A stretch of 32,000 nt of DNA, taken from Delftia acidovorans NBRC 14950 (lineage in GTDB: Bacteria > Pseudomonadota > Gammaproteobacteria > Burkholderiales > Burkholderiaceae_C). Below the pieces are notes generated by a model. That model had not been told where the DNA came from. It saw only the letters and a program-made list of their open reading frames with translations, and ran no database searches. Of this stretch, positions 17,316 through 26,595 are shown one piece after another. The DNA lies in contig NZ_BCZP01000004.1 in the NCBI RefSeq assembly GCF_001598795.1, positions 1-32,000 of the forward strand. Reading direction: 5' to 3'. The number at the start of each line of letters is the position of its first letter. Within the stretch, counting starts at the first letter, position 1. Both the position numbers and the translations under genes were made by a program.

Positions 17316-17347
17316 GTCAGGCCAAAACCCTCCACCCGCGCCAGCCC

Positions 17348-18142
17348 ATGCAAAGCATTCCGATCTCGATGGCCCAGACGCTGCAGCAGCACATCCTGAG
17401 CGGCCACTATCCCGGCGGCAGCCAGCTGCCGCCGCAGCGCGAGCTGGCCCGGCAGCTGGGCATCAGCCGCGCTTCGCTGCGCGAGGCGCTGTCCATGCTG
17501 GAGGCCCTGGGCCTGGTCGAGATCCAGCCGGGCAAGGGCGTGCGCATCAACGGCCCGCACAGCGGCCGTGCACGCATGCACCGCGCCTATGCCACCCCGG
17601 CGCTGGGCACGCTGTCGCCGCGCCAGCTGATCGAGCTGCGCCTGGTGCTGGAGCCGGGCTGGGCCGCGCTGGCGGCCGTGCGCGCCGACGACAGCGGCCT
17701 GCGCCAGCTGCAATGGACCCAGTCCCAGCTGGCCCACGCCCTGGACCGCAGCGACCTGCTGGCCGCCGCCGACGCCGATCTGCAGTTCCACCTGCTGCTG
17801 GCCCAGCTGTCGGGCAACCCGGGCCTGGTGGCCATGGCGCGCCAGCTGGAGCTGGCCATCAGCCACAGCCTGCGCCTGCCCTTTGCCTGGAGCGGCGCCG
17901 ACGACCAGCCCGTGCGCGAGCACGACGCCATCGTGCAGGCCGTCTGCGCAGGCGATGCGCCGGGTGCCGCGGGCGCCATGCGCGCCCACCTGCTGTCGGC
18001 CGCAAGGCGCAGCGGCATCGATCTCGACACACCGGAGCCCGACGCAACGGCGCACGACACAACGGCGCCCGATACACCAGCGCCCGAACCGGACCCGCTT
18101 TCCTTTCGCCTCACCCCACCTTCCGAAGGAGCTTTCGCATGA
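17348..18142 (+). CDS. GntR-family (FadR/FCD subfamily) transcriptional regulator (264 aa) with a Pro/Asp/Thr-rich C-terminal tail
   Basis: QLPPQRELARQLGISRASLREALSMLEALGLVEIQPGKGVRI, followed by an FCD-like helical domain. ATGA overlap with the downstream binding-protein gene. Confidence 0.85.
   Translation: MQSIPISMAQTLQQHILSGHYPGGSQLPPQRELARQLGISRASLREALSMLEALGLVEIQPGKGVRINGPHSGRARMHRAYATPALGTLSPRQLIELRLVLEPGWAALAAVRADDSGLRQLQWTQSQLAHALDRSDLLAAADADLQFHLLLAQLSGNPGLVAMARQLELAISHSLRLPFAWSGADDQPVREHDAIVQAVCAGDAPGAAGAMRAHLLSAARRSGIDLDTPEPDATAHDTTAPDTPAPEPDPLSFRLTPPSEGAFA
18045..18089 (+). repeat. Three imperfect tandem 15-nt repeats (CAACGGCGCACGACA / CAACGGCGCCCGATA / CACCAGCGCCCGAAC)
   Basis: Read directly. 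The repeats encode the pentapeptides ATAHD/TTAPD/TPAPE in the tail of the GntR regulator. Confidence 0.6.
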
Positions 18143-18945
18143 CTTCCCCCCTGACACCCCGCCGCGCATTCATCCGCACCGCCCTGGCGGCCGCCACCCT
18201 GGCCGCTGCCGGCCTGGGCGGCGCAGCCCATGCCGACATGCTGGCCAACATCCAGAAGGCCGGCGTGCTGCGCGTGGCGATTCCGCAGGACTTCCCGCCC
18301 TTCGGCTCGCTGGGCACCGACCTGAAGCTGCAGGGCTATGACATCGACATGGCCGCCCTGGTGGCCCAGGAGCTGGGCGTGAAGGTGGAGCTGGTGCCCG
18401 TGACCAGCACCAACCGCATCCCCTTCCTGACCACGGGCAAGGCCGACATCGTCATCTCCAGCCTGGGCAAGAACGCCGAGCGCGCCAAGGTGATCGACTT
18501 CACCCAGGCCTATGCCCCCTTCCCCAAGAGCGTCTACGGCCCCAAGGACGTGAGCATCAAGGCCCCTGCCGACCTGGCCGGCAAGACCGTGGGCGTGACG
18601 CGCGGCTCCACCGAGGACCTGGCCCTCACGCAGGTGGCGCCGGCCTCGGCCACCATCAAGCGCTACGAGGACAACAACGCCACCGCGCAAAGCTATCTGA
18701 CGGGCCAGGTGCAGCTGGTGACGCTGGGCAACATCGTGGCCAACGCCGTCAACGAGCGCACCAGGCTGCGCCAGCTGGACGTGAAGTTCGCGGTGGAGGA
18801 CACGCCCTGCTACATCGGCGTGGCCAAGGGCGAGCCGGCGCTGCTGCAGAAGGTGGACGCCATCATCACCAAGCTCAAGGCCGACGGCCGCCTGACCGGC
18901 CTGTCCCAGCGCTGGATGAAGATGCCGCTGCCCGCCACCCTGTAA
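18139..18945 (+). CDS. Polar amino-acid ABC transporter, periplasmic substrate-binding protein (268 aa)
   Basis: Signal peptide MTSPLTPRRAFIRTALAAATLAAAGLGGAAHA. Family-3 SBP motifs LRVAIPQDFPPFG, GYDIDMA, GKADIVISSLG. Confidence 0.9.
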   Translation: MTSPLTPRRAFIRTALAAATLAAAGLGGAAHADMLANIQKAGVLRVAIPQDFPPFGSLGTDLKLQGYDIDMAALVAQELGVKVELVPVTSTNRIPFLTTGKADIVISSLGKNAERAKVIDFTQAYAPFPKSVYGPKDVSIKAPADLAGKTVGVTRGSTEDLALTQVAPASATIKRYEDNNATAQSYLTGQVQLVTLGNIVANAVNERTRLRQLDVKFAVEDTPCYIGVAKGEPALLQKVDAIITKLKADGRLTGLSQRWMKMPLPATL

Positions 18946-18976
18946 CCGCTGCGCCCCTGCTCCCGGAAATCCTTCC

Positions 18977-19705
18977 ATGGCCTATCAATTCGACTTCGGC
19001 GCCGTGTTCGACTACAGCGGCCTGCTGGCACAGGGCGCAGGCTTCACGCTGGCGCTGACGGCGGCGGGCGCCGTGCTGGGCGGCGCCATCGGCGTGGCCG
19101 GCGGCGTCAGCCGCGCCTGGCGCATTGCGCCGCTGCACTGGCTGTTCAAGGTGTACGTGGAGGGCATACGCAACACGCCCTTCCTGGTGCAGCTGATGTT
19201 CGTGTTCTTCGGCCTGCCTTCGCTGGGCGTGCAGATCAACGAATGGCAGGCCTGCCTGCTGACCACGGTGATCAACCTGGGCGCCTACATCACCGAGATC
19301 GTGCGCGCCGGCATCCAGGAGACGCCGCGCGGCCAGCTGGAAGCCGCTGGCGCGCTGGGCATGGGCCGCTGGGCGGTCTTCCGCCATGTGGTGCTGCGCC
19401 CTGCGCTGCAGCGGGTCTGGCCCTCGCTGAGCAGCCAGATCGTGATCGTGATGCTGGGCACCTCGGTGGTCTCGCAGATCGCCGCCCAGGACCTGACCTT
19501 CGCCGCCAACTTCATCCAGTCGCGCAACTTCCGCGCGTTCGAGACCTACCTGGTGGTGACGGCGGCGTACTTCGTGCTGGCCCTGGCACTGCGCCAGTTG
19601 CTGGCCTGGATAGGCCAGCGCTTCGTGGTGGGCCGCCGCACGCCGCGTGCAGCCCGGCCCGCTGCACCTGCTGCACCTGCAACCACTGCCGGAGACGCCG
19701 CATGA
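18977..19705 (+). CDS. Amino-acid ABC transporter permease (His/Glu/Gln/Arg/opine family)
   Basis: Hydrophobic, with the EAA-type loop ITEIVRAGIQETPRGQLEAAGALGM. Confidence 0.9.
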   Translation: MAYQFDFGAVFDYSGLLAQGAGFTLALTAAGAVLGGAIGVAGGVSRAWRIAPLHWLFKVYVEGIRNTPFLVQLMFVFFGLPSLGVQINEWQACLLTTVINLGAYITEIVRAGIQETPRGQLEAAGALGMGRWAVFRHVVLRPALQRVWPSLSSQIVIVMLGTSVVSQIAAQDLTFAANFIQSRNFRAFETYLVVTAAYFVLALALRQLLAWIGQRFVVGRRTPRAARPAAPAAPATTAGDAA

Positions 19706-20341
19706 TTGCCGATATTCCCCTGCTGCCCATCCTGGCCAAGCTGGCCGAGGGCCTGCTGGCCACGCTGGCGCTATCGCTGCTGGCCTTCGTGCTGGGCGGC
19801 GCCACCGGATTGCTGGTGCTGTTCGCCCGCGTGGGCCGCAGCCAGAACCTGCGCCGCCTGGCCAAGGCCTATATCCAGGCCTTCCAGAACACGCCGCTGC
19901 TGATGCAGATGTTCATCGTGTTCTTCGGCTCGTCCATGGCCGGTCTGGACATCTCGCCCTGGACGGCGGCCGCCATCGGCCTGACGCTGTATACCAGCGC
20001 CTACCTGGCCGAGGTCTGGCGCGGCTGCGTGGAGTCCATCCCCAGCGGCCAGTGGGAAGCCTCCTCCAGCCTGGCCATGGGCTACCTGCAGCAGATGCGC
20101 CATGTGGTGCTGCCGCAGGCGCTGCGCCTGTCGATAGCGCCCACGGTCGGCTTCTCGGTACAGATCATCAAGGGCACGGCCGTGGCCTCGATCATCGGCT
20201 TCAGCGAGCTGACCAAGCTCGGCTCCATGCTGGCCAACGCCACCTTCCAGCCCTTCCTCATCTACGGCCTGGTCGCCGCAGGCTACTTCCTGCTGTGCTG
20301 GCCCCTGTCCCTCTACGCATCCCATCTGGAGAAGAAACTCT

Positions 20342-20355
<14 letters not shown>
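19702..20355 (+). CDS. Amino-acid ABC transporter permease (second subunit, 217 aa)
   Basis: YLAEVWRGCVESIPSGQWEASSSLAM EAA loop. ATGA overlap with the preceding permease gene. Confidence 0.9.
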
Positions 20356-21088
<733 letters not shown>

Positions 21089-21108
21089 GCGGTACGGCCA
21101 GGCAGGAC

Positions 21109-21134
21109 AAAGGCCCGCATCGCGGGCCTTTTTT
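21109..21134. terminator. Rho-independent terminator after the ABC ATPase gene, possibly bidirectional for fmdB
   Basis: AAA-GGCCCGC-atc-GCGGGCC-TTTTTT. Confidence 0.8.
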
Positions 21135-21160
21135 GCATCGGTGCGGCGCAGGGGCCGCGG

Positions 21161-21520
21161 TCAGTGGCTGATCATCCAGGGCCGCTTGGTCGGGAAGGTC
21201 TTGGCACCGTTGGGCGCCGTGACCGTGGAGCCGCGCTTGCTGGCGCCGCTGCAGCAGCCGCAGCCCGAAGGGTGGCGCATGCGCGCGTAGCTGCCCTCGG
21301 CCACATCGCGTGAGCGCCTGGGCTCGTGCCGGGCGCGCTCGTTGGTGTCGTGGGCGCGGCGCTGCTCGGGGCTGGTGCAGGCCAGGCGCGGGGCGCTGAC
21401 GAAGACGCGGGGCGAGGCCGCCTCGCAGCTGGGGCAGGGCGCGGGCTCGTTGCGCTGCGAGAGGCTGCGCAGCGCGTCGAAGCCGCCGCATGCGGAGCAG
21501 TGGTAGTCATAGGTGGGCAT
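21161..21520 (-). CDS. fmdB: FmdB-family zinc-ribbon putative regulatory protein (119 aa)
   Basis: [13 protein letters not shown]...PCPSC (CxxC-N19-CxxC) plus a C-terminal GCGCC cluster. It lies immediately downstream of the formamidase gene, as in the Methylophilus fmd locus. Confidence 0.8.
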   Translation of the reverse strand: MPTYDYHCSACGGFDALRSLSQRNEPAPCPSCEAASPRVFVSAPRLACTSPEQRRAHDTNERARHEPRRSRDVAEGSYARMRHPSGCGCCSGASKRGSTVTAPNGAKTFPTKRPWMISH

Positions 21521-21566
21521 GGGCGGCCTCTGGCAGATGGTGGATAGCGGGTGTCGTATGCCGGGT

Positions 21567-22796
21567 TTACTTGTCCTGAGCGATGGGCAGGTCCACCCCG
21601 CCCGTGATGATCTTCTGTGGTCCCTCGGCCGTGGGATTGATGTCGAAGTCGAAGATCTCCGTGGGCAGCCACAGCGTGGCGCAGGCATTGGGCACGTCCA
21701 CCACGCCGCTGATGTGGCCCTGCACGGGCGCCGTGCCCAGCAGCGAGTAGGCCTGGGCGCCGCTGTAGCCGAATTTCTTCAGGTACTCGATGGCGTTCAG
21801 GCAGGCCTGGCGGTAGGCCACGGTCACGTCCAGGTAGTGCTGCTTGCCCTTTTCGTCCACCGAGATGCCTTCGAAGATCAGGTAGTCCTTGTAGTTGGGC
21901 GTCATGGGGCTGGGCTTGAAGATGGGGTTCTTGATGCCGTACTTGGCCATGCCGCCCTTGATCAGCGAGACCTTCATGTGCACCCAGCCCGCCATCTCGA
22001 TGGCGCCGCAGAAGGTGATCTCGCCATCGCCCTGGCTGAAGTGCAGGTCGCCCACGCTCAGGCCCGCGCCGTCCACGTAGACGGGGAAGAACACGCGCGA
22101 GCCGCGCGAGAGGTCCTTGATGTCGCAGTTGCCGCCGTGCTCGCGCGGCGGCACGGTGCGTGCGCCTTCGGCGGCGGCCTTGTCGCGCGCCTCGCCCTGC
22201 ATCTGGCCCATGTGGGCGGTGGTGGCGTTGGGCGGGTTGGCCAGGCCGGGGATGCGGTCGGGGTCGGTGGCGATGAGGCCGGTCTCGCGCTCATTCCAGC
22301 TGGCCAGCATCTTGGGGTCGGGCAGGCAGCCGATCAGCCCCGGGTGGATGAGGCCTGCGAAGTTGACGCCGGGAATGTGGCGGCTCTTGGTGAACATGCC
22401 GTGGAAGTCCCAGATGGACTTCTGGGCCAGCGGGAAATGCTCGTCCAGGAAGCCGCCGCCATTCTGCTTGGAGAAAAAGCCGTTGAAGCCCCAGAGGCTG
22501 TCGTCGCGCGCGCCGATGTCCAGCAGGTCCACCACCAGCAGGTCGCCGGGCTCGGCGCCCTTGACGCCCACGGGGCCGGACAGGAAGTGGACGGTGGACA
22601 GGTCCACGTCGCGCACGTCTTCGGCGCTGTCGTCGTTCTTGATGGCGCCGCCGGTCCAGTCATAGGTCTCCAGCTTGAACTCCGCGCCCGGCTCCACCCA
22701 GACCGCCATGGGGATGTCGGGATGCCAGCGGTTGTGCACCTGCGGGTTGTCGTAGGGGGACTGGTTGAGATCGACCTTGATCAGGGTTTCGGCCAT
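21567..22796 (-). CDS. fmdA: Formamidase (acetamidase/formamidase family, 409 aa)
   Basis: MAETLIKVDLNQSPYDNPQVHNRWHPDIP...GPVGVKGAEPGD...GGNCDIKDL...FSQGDGEITFCGAIEM are typical FmdA-family sequences. Confidence 0.92.
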   Translation of the reverse strand: MAETLIKVDLNQSPYDNPQVHNRWHPDIPMAVWVEPGAEFKLETYDWTGGAIKNDDSAEDVRDVDLSTVHFLSGPVGVKGAEPGDLLVVDLLDIGARDDSLWGFNGFFSKQNGGGFLDEHFPLAQKSIWDFHGMFTKSRHIPGVNFAGLIHPGLIGCLPDPKMLASWNERETGLIATDPDRIPGLANPPNATTAHMGQMQGEARDKAAAEGARTVPPREHGGNCDIKDLSRGSRVFFPVYVDGAGLSVGDLHFSQGDGEITFCGAIEMAGWVHMKVSLIKGGMAKYGIKNPIFKPSPMTPNYKDYLIFEGISVDEKGKQHYLDVTVAYRQACLNAIEYLKKFGYSGAQAYSLLGTAPVQGHISGVVDVPNACATLWLPTEIFDFDINPTAEGPQKIITGGVDLPIAQDK

Positions 22797-22832
22797 GGTG
22801 TGCTCCTTGCGATGGCAGTGGGAAAAAACGGA

Positions 22833-23522
22833 TCAGACGGAGAGGTAGGACTTGATGCGCTGTTCATCCGTATCAGCACGGGCCGTCTCATGGACCAGGC
22901 GGCCGCCCTCGATGACGAACAGCCGGTCAGCCACATCCATGGCGAAGGAAAGCACCTGCTCGCTGACCACGATGGTGATGCGGCGCAGCTTGCGGATCTC
23001 GTTGAGCGCCTTGGCGATGTCCTTGATGATGGAAGGCTGTATGCCCTCGGTGGGCTCGTCCAGCAGCAGCACCTTGGGGTCGGTGACCAGGGCGCGCGCA
23101 ATGGCCAGCTGCTGCTGCTGCCCGCCCGAGAGGTTGCCGCCCTTGCGCCGGCGCATGTCCCAGAGCACGGGGAACAGGGCGTAGATGTCGTCGGGCACCT
23201 GGCGCGTCTTCGCGTTCTCCAGGCCCGTCTGTATGTTCTCCTCCACGGTCAGCGTGGGGAAGATCATGCGGCCCTGGGGCACGTAGGCAATGCCCTTGGC
23301 CACGCGCCGGAAGCTCTCGTCCTTCGTGACGTCCTGGCCGGCCACGGTGATCTGGCCGCTCTTGGCGGGCATGACGCCCATCAGGCTTTTGAACAGCGTG
23401 GTCTTGCCCATGCCGTTGCGGCCCATGATGGCCACGGTTTCGTTCTCGCGGCCCTCGAAGCTGATGCCGTGCAGCGCCTCGCTCTGGCCATAGGCCACGT
23501 ACAGATCCTTGACTTGCAGCAT
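22833..23522 (-). CDS. urtE: Urea/short-chain-amide ABC transporter ATP-binding protein UrtE-like (229 aa)
   Basis: GRNGMGKTT, LSGGQQQQLAIARAL, LLLDEPTEGIQP. This is the last ATPase gene of the urt-type operon. Confidence 0.9.
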   Translation of the reverse strand: MLQVKDLYVAYGQSEALHGISFEGRENETVAIMGRNGMGKTTLFKSLMGVMPAKSGQITVAGQDVTKDESFRRVAKGIAYVPQGRMIFPTLTVEENIQTGLENAKTRQVPDDIYALFPVLWDMRRRKGGNLSGGQQQQLAIARALVTDPKVLLLDEPTEGIQPSIIKDIAKALNEIRKLRRITIVVSEQVLSFAMDVADRLFVIEGGRLVHETARADTDEQRIKSYLSV

Positions 23523-23542
23523 GTGAATTCCTTGTGCGTGCC

Positions 23543-24286
23543 TCAGTGGCCGAGGTAGACGTCGATGACCTTGGGGTCGGCCTGCACCTTGTCCATGGGA
23601 CCCTCGGCGAGGATCTTTCCCTGGTGCATGACGGTGACCTTGTGCGCGATGCGCGCCACGAACTCCATGTCGTGCTCGATGACGATGACGGAGCGGTTCT
23701 TGCAGATGCGCTGCAGCAGCTCGGCCGTCAGTTCGCGTTCGCGGGCGCTCATGCCGGCGATGGGCTCGTCCAGCATCAGCAGCTCGGGCTCCTGCATGAG
23801 CAGCATGCCGATCTCCAGCCACTGCTTCTGGCCATGGCTGAGCAGGCCGGCCTCGGTGTCCAGGCGCTCGTCCAGGCCGATGTCGGCGGCCACGGCCTGC
23901 ACGCGATCGCGCACCGCCTCCGTGCACTTGAAGGCCAGCGCACCGAAGACCGAGCGGCCTTGCGGGTAGGAGACCTCCAGGTTCTGGAAGACCGACAGGT
24001 TCTCGTAGATGGACGGCGTCTGGAACTTGCGCCCAATCCCCAGGCGCACGCGCTTGTGCTCAGCCATGCGCGTGAGTTCCTCGTTCTTGAACTTGATGCT
24101 GCCGGCCGTGGCGCGGGTCTTGCCGCAGATCAGGTCCAGCAGCGTGGTCTTGCCCGCGCCGTTGGGGCCGATGATGACGCGCAGCTCGTTCTTGTCGATG
24201 TACAGGTTCAGCGCGTCGATGGCCTTGAAGCCGTCGAAGGAGACCGTCAGGTCTTCCACGGCCAGCGTGAAGTCGGTATTGCTCAT
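23543..24286 (-). CDS. urtD: Urea/short-chain-amide ABC transporter ATP-binding protein UrtD-like (247 aa)
   Basis: GPNGAGKTT, LSHGQKQWLEIGMLL, LMLDEPIAGM. Confidence 0.9.
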   Translation of the reverse strand: MSNTDFTLAVEDLTVSFDGFKAIDALNLYIDKNELRVIIGPNGAGKTTLLDLICGKTRATAGSIKFKNEELTRMAEHKRVRLGIGRKFQTPSIYENLSVFQNLEVSYPQGRSVFGALAFKCTEAVRDRVQAVAADIGLDERLDTEAGLLSHGQKQWLEIGMLLMQEPELLMLDEPIAGMSARERELTAELLQRICKNRSVIVIEHDMEFVARIAHKVTVMHQGKILAEGPMDKVQADPKVIDVYLGH

Positions 24287-24305
24287 GGTGTGCTCCCGCT
24301 GTGGT

Positions 24306-25508
24306 TCAGGCGCCCTGGCGGCCCATGCCTTCGGACAGGGCGGACGTGGGCTTGGTGGCGGCCGGGGCCGGGGCAGGTGCTGCCTGGGCTCCCTGCGCTG
24401 CGGCAGGCGCTGCGCCAGGTGCCGTGCCCTTGCGGCGGCTGTTCCACCACGGAACGATGCGGCTTTCCCACAGGCCGGCCAGCCCCATCGGGAAGGCCAT
24501 GGTCACGCCGATGAACAGGCCCGCCATGAGGAACAGCCACAGGTCCGGGAAGCTCTCCGAGAAATAGGTCTTGCCCGCGTTGACCAGCAGCGTGCCGTAC
24601 ACGGCGCCCACCAGGCTCATGCGCCCGCCCACGGCGGCGTAGATGACCATTTCGATGGAGGGCACGATGCCCACGAAGCTGGGCGACATGAAGCCCACCT
24701 GCAGCGTGAATAGCGCGCCGCCCACGCCCGACAGCGCAGCGGCCAGGCAGAACACGAAGACCTTGAAGTTGGCCACGTCGTAGCCGGAAAAGCGCACGCG
24801 GTCTTCCTTGTCGCGCATGGCCAGCAGCAGGGTGCCCACCTTGCCGGTCTGAATCCAGCGGCACAGCACGATGGCGCCGATCAGCAGGGCCACGCAGACG
24901 TAGTAGAGGATGTACTTGGCGCTGTCCGTGCGCGTGTCCCAGCCCCACAGGGTCTTGAGGTCGGTCATGCCGTTGACGCCGCCCGTGTAGCCCTGCTGGC
25001 CGATGATGAGCACGGTGACGATCAGCGCCACGGCCTGCGTGATGATGGCGAAGTACACGCCGCCCACGCGGCGCTTGAACATGGCGAAGCTGATGAGCCA
25101 GGCCAGCAGCGTGGGCACGGCGATGACGGCGGCCAGCGAGAACGGCAGGCTCTTGAAGGGCAGCCAGAACGAGGGCAGCTCGGTCAGCTGGTTCCAGTCC
25201 ATGAAGTCGGGGATGCCGGGCGTGGACTGGATCTTGGTGCTGATGGGGTCGGACGCCTCCAGCTTCAGGAACATGGCCATGGCATAGCCGCCCAGGCCGA
25301 AGAACACGCCCTGGCCCAGGCTGAGCACGCCGCCATAGCCCCAGACCATGACCAGGCCGATGGCGACGAAGGCATAGGTCAGGTACTTGCCGACCAGGTT
25401 GAGGCGGAAGATGTCCAGCGCCAGGGGCAGCACCACCGCCAGCAGGACGGTGAGCAGCACCAGGCTGGCGAGCTGGTAGCGCTGTATCCAGGCTTTGAGG
25501 GCTTGCAT
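24306..25508 (-). CDS. urtC: Urea/short-chain-amide ABC transporter permease UrtC-like (400 aa) with an Ala/Pro-rich C-terminal tail
   Basis: Branched-chain-type (LivM-like) permease with about 10 hydrophobic segments, in the conserved position between urtB and urtD. Confidence 0.9.
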   Translation of the reverse strand: MQALKAWIQRYQLASLVLLTVLLAVVLPLALDIFRLNLVGKYLTYAFVAIGLVMVWGYGGVLSLGQGVFFGLGGYAMAMFLKLEASDPISTKIQSTPGIPDFMDWNQLTELPSFWLPFKSLPFSLAAVIAVPTLLAWLISFAMFKRRVGGVYFAIITQAVALIVTVLIIGQQGYTGGVNGMTDLKTLWGWDTRTDSAKYILYYVCVALLIGAIVLCRWIQTGKVGTLLLAMRDKEDRVRFSGYDVANFKVFVFCLAAALSGVGGALFTLQVGFMSPSFVGIVPSIEMVIYAAVGGRMSLVGAVYGTLLVNAGKTYFSESFPDLWLFLMAGLFIGVTMAFPMGLAGLWESRIVPWWNSRRKGTAPGAAPAAAQGAQAAPAPAPAATKPTSALSEGMGRQGA

Positions 25509-25570
25509 GGAATGACTCCGGTGAACTCAGGGGAAATCGGGGGAACTCGTGGACAGGGCCGGCGCCGGGA

Positions 25571-26485
25571 TCAGCGCCGCACCTTGGACGCGAACAGGCC
25601 CTGGGGACGCAGCATCAGGATGAAGACGATCAGCGACAGCGTGATCACCTTGGCCATGGAGCCCGCCAGGAAGAACTCGGTGATGGACTGCGTCTGCGCA
25701 ATTCCGAAGGCCGAGACCACGGTGCCCAGCAGGCTGGCCGCGCCGCCGAAGGTGACCACCAGGAAGGCGTCCACGATGTACAGCGAGCCCGAGGTGGGGC
25801 CGGTGGAGCCGATGGTGGTGAAGGCCGCACCCGCCACGCCTGCGATGCCGCAGCCGATGGCAAAGGTCAGGCGGTCGGTCTTCTTGGTGTCGATGCCGAT
25901 GGCATTGGCCATCACGCGGTTGCTGACCGTGGCACGCACGCGCAGGCCCCAGCGGCTCTTGTGCAGCGCGATCAGCACGCCGGCCGTGACCACCGCGGTC
26001 AGCGCCAGCACGAACAGGCCGTTGATGGGAATGTCCAGCCCCTCGGCCGGCGCCCACGAGCCCATCAGCCAGTCAGGCAGGGTGGGGCTGACTTCCTTGG
26101 GGCCGATGAAGGTGCGAAAGCACTGCTGCAGCGCCAGGCTCACGCCCCAGGTGGCCAGCAGCGTGTCCAGCGGGCGCTTGTAGAGGTGGCGGATCAGCCC
26201 CCACTCCACCAGCCAGCCGGCCGCGAAGGCGAACAGGAAGGCGGCCACGATGGCCAGCGGGAAGTAGTAGGGCATGAACTCGGGCGCGTGCTGCGCCGTG
26301 AGCGTGGAGCCCAGGTAGATGGTGTAGGCGCCAATGGTCATGAACTCGCCATGCGCCATGTTGATCACGCCCATCTGGCCAAAGATGATGGCCAGGCCCA
26401 GGCCCATCAGCAGCAGCACGGCGAACAGGCTCAGCCCCGCGAAGCCCTGCATCAGGCCGATGTTCATCATGTCGGAAAAACTCAT
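25571..26485 (-). CDS. urtB: Urea/short-chain-amide ABC transporter permease UrtB-like (304 aa)
   Basis: LivH-like permease: GLAIIFGQMGVINMAHGEFMTIGAY. Confidence 0.9.
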   Translation of the reverse strand: MSFSDMMNIGLMQGFAGLSLFAVLLLMGLGLAIIFGQMGVINMAHGEFMTIGAYTIYLGSTLTAQHAPEFMPYYFPLAIVAAFLFAFAAGWLVEWGLIRHLYKRPLDTLLATWGVSLALQQCFRTFIGPKEVSPTLPDWLMGSWAPAEGLDIPINGLFVLALTAVVTAGVLIALHKSRWGLRVRATVSNRVMANAIGIDTKKTDRLTFAIGCGIAGVAGAAFTTIGSTGPTSGSLYIVDAFLVVTFGGAASLLGTVVSAFGIAQTQSITEFFLAGSMAKVITLSLIVFILMLRPQGLFASKVRR

Positions 26486-26595
26486 GGTGCTGCTCCTGCG
26501 CGCAAGCCAATCGGGAGAGGGGGAAACGGTTCACGCGGCGGCCCGCCCACCAGGCCGCAGGCCGCCACGCATCACCTGCCTGAACGGATCAGGAC

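Noticed and set aside
16917-17347. A cobalamin riboswitch upstream of metH.
   Set aside because: I found no B12-box-like GCCACTG element and no GGGAA/GGTG..AATCC core on either strand. The conserved blocks present fit the SAH element instead.
24306-24440. The Ala/Pro-rich C-terminal tail of UrtC (GTAPGAAPAAAQGAQAAPAPAPAATKPTSALSEG), considered as a separate small gene or domain.
   Set aside because: It is in frame and continuous with the permease, has no start or RBS of its own, and is low-complexity sequence common in high-GC genomes.
26486-26595. A possible small ORF or sRNA in the 110-nt urtA-urtB gap.
   Set aside because: There is no start/RBS combination. The GC-rich partial stems are more simply an intercistronic mRNA structure, and I mention them only within the operon finding.
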